Shown: piece by piece, positions 62,000 through 64,000 of the stretch
Position numbering within the stretch: position 1 is the first letter of the stretch
Layout: every line of letters starts with the position of its first letter
Assembly: GCA_963681965.1 (NCBI GenBank)
Contig: OY820579.1
Coordinates: forward strand, 4,000,001-4,064,000
DNA: 64,000 bases
From: a bacterium
Lineage (GTDB): Bacteria; Electryoneota; JAOADG01
Direction of reading: 5' to 3'
Notes under the pieces: model-generated
The model's input: the letters and a program-made list of their open reading frames with translations, nothing else
Databases searched by the model: none
What the model was told of the DNA's origin: nothing
Position numbers and translations under genes: made by a program

Positions 62000-63211
62000 A
62001 TGAAAATTCTTGTTTTGAACTGTGGCAGTTCCTCGATCAAATACCAGTTATTTGATAACGCCCAGGGCGAGCAACCGTTGTGCAAAGGTCTGATCGAACG
62101 AATCGGTATGCGCGACGCGATCCTTAACCAAAGTCGAATGGACGGCGATAAAGTGAAGCTCGTTGCCGAAATTATCGACCATTCTGTCGCAATCGAATAC
62201 ATTCTGGCGATTTTACTCTCGCCCAATCACGGCGTTTTGAAAGATCGCAACGAGATCGATGCCGTCGGTCACCGTGTCGTGCACGGCGGTGAGAAATTCA
62301 CCGGATCCGTCTTGATCAATAAAGAAGTTATGGATCAATTGCACGAATGCATCGAATTGGCACCGTTGCACAATCCCGCCAACATCAAAGGTATCAAAGC
62401 GTGTCAGCAACTGATGCCGACGATTCCGCAGGTCGGTGTGTTCGATACCGCATTCCATCACACAATCCCCGATTACGCCTACATGTATGCGCTGCCGTAT
62501 GTTCTGTACAAACGCTATTTCATTCGCCGGTACGGTTTCCACGGTACCAGTCATTTCTACGTAGCGAATCGCGCTGCTGCCATGATGGGCAAGCCGATCG
62601 AAGATCTCCGAATCATCACGGCACATCTTGGCAATGGATGCTCGATCACTGCCGTCGATCACGGTAAATCCGTCGATACCTCGATGGGCTTCACTCCCGT
62701 CGAGGGTTTGGTGATGGGTGCGCGGTGCGGCGATATCGACCCGGCAGCACTCCTGCACATCATGGAGAAGGAAGATCTGTCCCGTGCCGAAGCGAATGCG
62801 CTGATGAACAAGCATAGCGGTCTGATCGGCTTATCCGGCATTTCCTCCGATATGCGCGACATCATGAATGAAGTGAAGAACGGTAACGATCGTGCCGAAC
62901 TTGCACTGAACGTTTTCTGCTATCGCGTCCGCAAATACATCGGTTCGTATATGGCGGCGATGGGCGGGCTTGATGCAATCGTCTTCACCGGCGGTATCGG
63001 CGAGAATGCGACCGAAGTCCGCAAACGTTCGGTACAAAATCTCGAAGGGATGGGTTTCGTGATGGACAACGATGCCAACGAAAATCTGCCCAATAACGAG
63101 CGCTTCGTCAATACCCCCGACTCCAAAGTCAAGATCATGGTTATTCCGACCAATGAAGAGTTGGTGATTGCCCGCGATACCGAACAGATCGTAAAAGATC
63201 TCGCTAAATAA
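62000..63211 (+). CDS. ackA: Acetate kinase
   Basis: MKILVLNCGSSSIKYQL, GHRVVHGG, APLHNP, RRYGFHGTSH, HLGNG, DTSMGFTP, FTGGIGEN, PTNEE. Confidence 0.96.
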   Translation: MKILVLNCGSSSIKYQLFDNAQGEQPLCKGLIERIGMRDAILNQSRMDGDKVKLVAEIIDHSVAIEYILAILLSPNHGVLKDRNEIDAVGHRVVHGGEKFTGSVLINKEVMDQLHECIELAPLHNPANIKGIKACQQLMPTIPQVGVFDTAFHHTIPDYAYMYALPYVLYKRYFIRRYGFHGTSHFYVANRAAAMMGKPIEDLRIITAHLGNGCSITAVDHGKSVDTSMGFTPVEGLVMGARCGDIDPAALLHIMEKEDLSRAEANALMNKHSGLIGLSGISSDMRDIMNEVKNGNDRAELALNVFCYRVRKYIGSYMAAMGGLDAIVFTGGIGENATEVRKRSVQNLEGMGFVMDNDANENLPNNERFVNTPDSKVKIMVIPTNEELVIARDTEQIVKDLAK

Positions 63212-63228
63212 TTTCTGCTTCCCGATGC

Positions 63229-63258
63229 AAAAACCCGCGCCGAACAGCGCGGGTTTGT
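63229..63258 (+). terminator. Intrinsic terminator after ackA
   Basis: AAACCCGCGC-cgaaca-GCGCGGGTTT. Confidence 0.7.
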
Positions 63259-63628
63259 GGTATTGTTGTATTTCACGAAAAGGCAAAAAATGACCACCAA
63301 TTGGATGATTTAAAAAGAGCAATTTCAACCGAAATTACCTCTGAGAATAAATAAATCGAAATTCAAATTTACTAACCATTTACGTGTAAATTACAACAAT
63401 TGCGACATTATTTCATTAATAACTTAGGTAGAATATATACTTATAACTAGTACTTTTCGATAGCCTTTAGGCGAAAGATGAACCATTGCTTGCTTTCAAA
63501 TATCTTATTAGGATAAGTGTAATTATATTTATTAAGAATAATTGATTCCACTTGTTAATTGTTAATGTTTGTTGTATTATTTTTTAACCTAAATGGAATT
63601 ACGTCACTTTTCACAACAGGAGTTCGCT

Positions 63629-64000
63629 ATGAAATTGATATTAATTTTCAGTTTAATAATTTTAACCTCCATAATCGGATGCACTAAAAAAGACTCGACC
63701 AATCCTGTTACACCTGTTATACAACATCCGATTGCGGCATTTGGATTTACTGGCGCATTAGTAACACCTGCCACTGTCTCTTTCAATAACTCTTCAACAA
63801 ATGCAAATTCCTATCGATGGGATTTCGGAGATGGACGCACTTCTATTCAAGAAAATCCATCGATGCTATTTAACAATCGTGGAACACTCACTGTGACGTT
63901 AATTGCGATAAACACTTCCTCCTCACTAACCGATACTACAAGACATACATTGTCAATCACACCTGGTCGAGTATATTTAGACTCTTTGGTTATTAATGAT
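63629..64000 (+). CDS. PKD-domain lipoprotein, truncated at the window end
   Basis: Manual translation MKLILIFSLIILTSIIGCTKKD... with AGGAG RBS, lipobox IIGC and the PKD signature SYRWDFGDG. Confidence 0.8.
   Translation, partial: MKLILIFSLIILTSIIGCTKKDSTNPVTPVIQHPIAAFGFTGALVTPATVSFNNSSTNANSYRWDFGDGRTSIQENPSMLFNNRGTLTVTLIAINTSSSLTDTTRHTLSITPGRVYLDSLVIND

Noticed and set aside
1-64000. Transposase (RAYT/IS), integrase, prophage, rRNA or tRNA genes
   Set aside because: None recognised in the ORF track or by eye; any mobiliser of the repeats must be elsewhere or lost.

Overview
This is a chromosomal window from an anaerobe-like bacterium, probably a non-Bacteroidota FCB-superphylum lineage. 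That placement is inferred from three proteins with 'YPNPFN...K.VLLK' T9SS-type C-terminal domains and a gingipain-like C25 protein. In order, the window carries: a signalling cluster (PAS histidine kinase with degenerate motifs, HDOD, REC-HD-GYP); rfbA and ugd; a 2791-aa C25/Ig-repeat protein; an MFS transporter; a Cus-type metal efflux operon; an NSS transporter with a 32-aa partner; YCF48 and SBBP secreted proteins; SDR-mazG; a complete hdrCBA-mvhDGA operon preceded by a Rex-like operator; a 1.96-kaa beta-helix secreted protein; a dapA-dapB-lysC-spoIID / prfB(frameshift)-alr / lat-lysS cluster; a lipoprotein; ackA; and a partial PKD lipoprotein. Three signals are not explained by these genes. 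(1) A non-coding array of ~15 units with ~16-bp periodicity (consensus GTAGT-N-T-R-GA-W-G-N4) at 34910-35149, bounded by a candidate promoter/Rex-like site and a perfect hairpin, which could be a multi-site protein-sponge RNA or a DNA binding-site array. (2) At least six REP-like palindromes inserted in frame into one secreted-protein gene. (3) A dispersed ~105-140-bp element with terminal inverted repeats and an exchangeable GTAG-REP hairpin core, present in 4 copies. No rRNA, tRNA, CRISPR array or transposase was recognised. All calls are by eye and by motif recall; no database searches were run.
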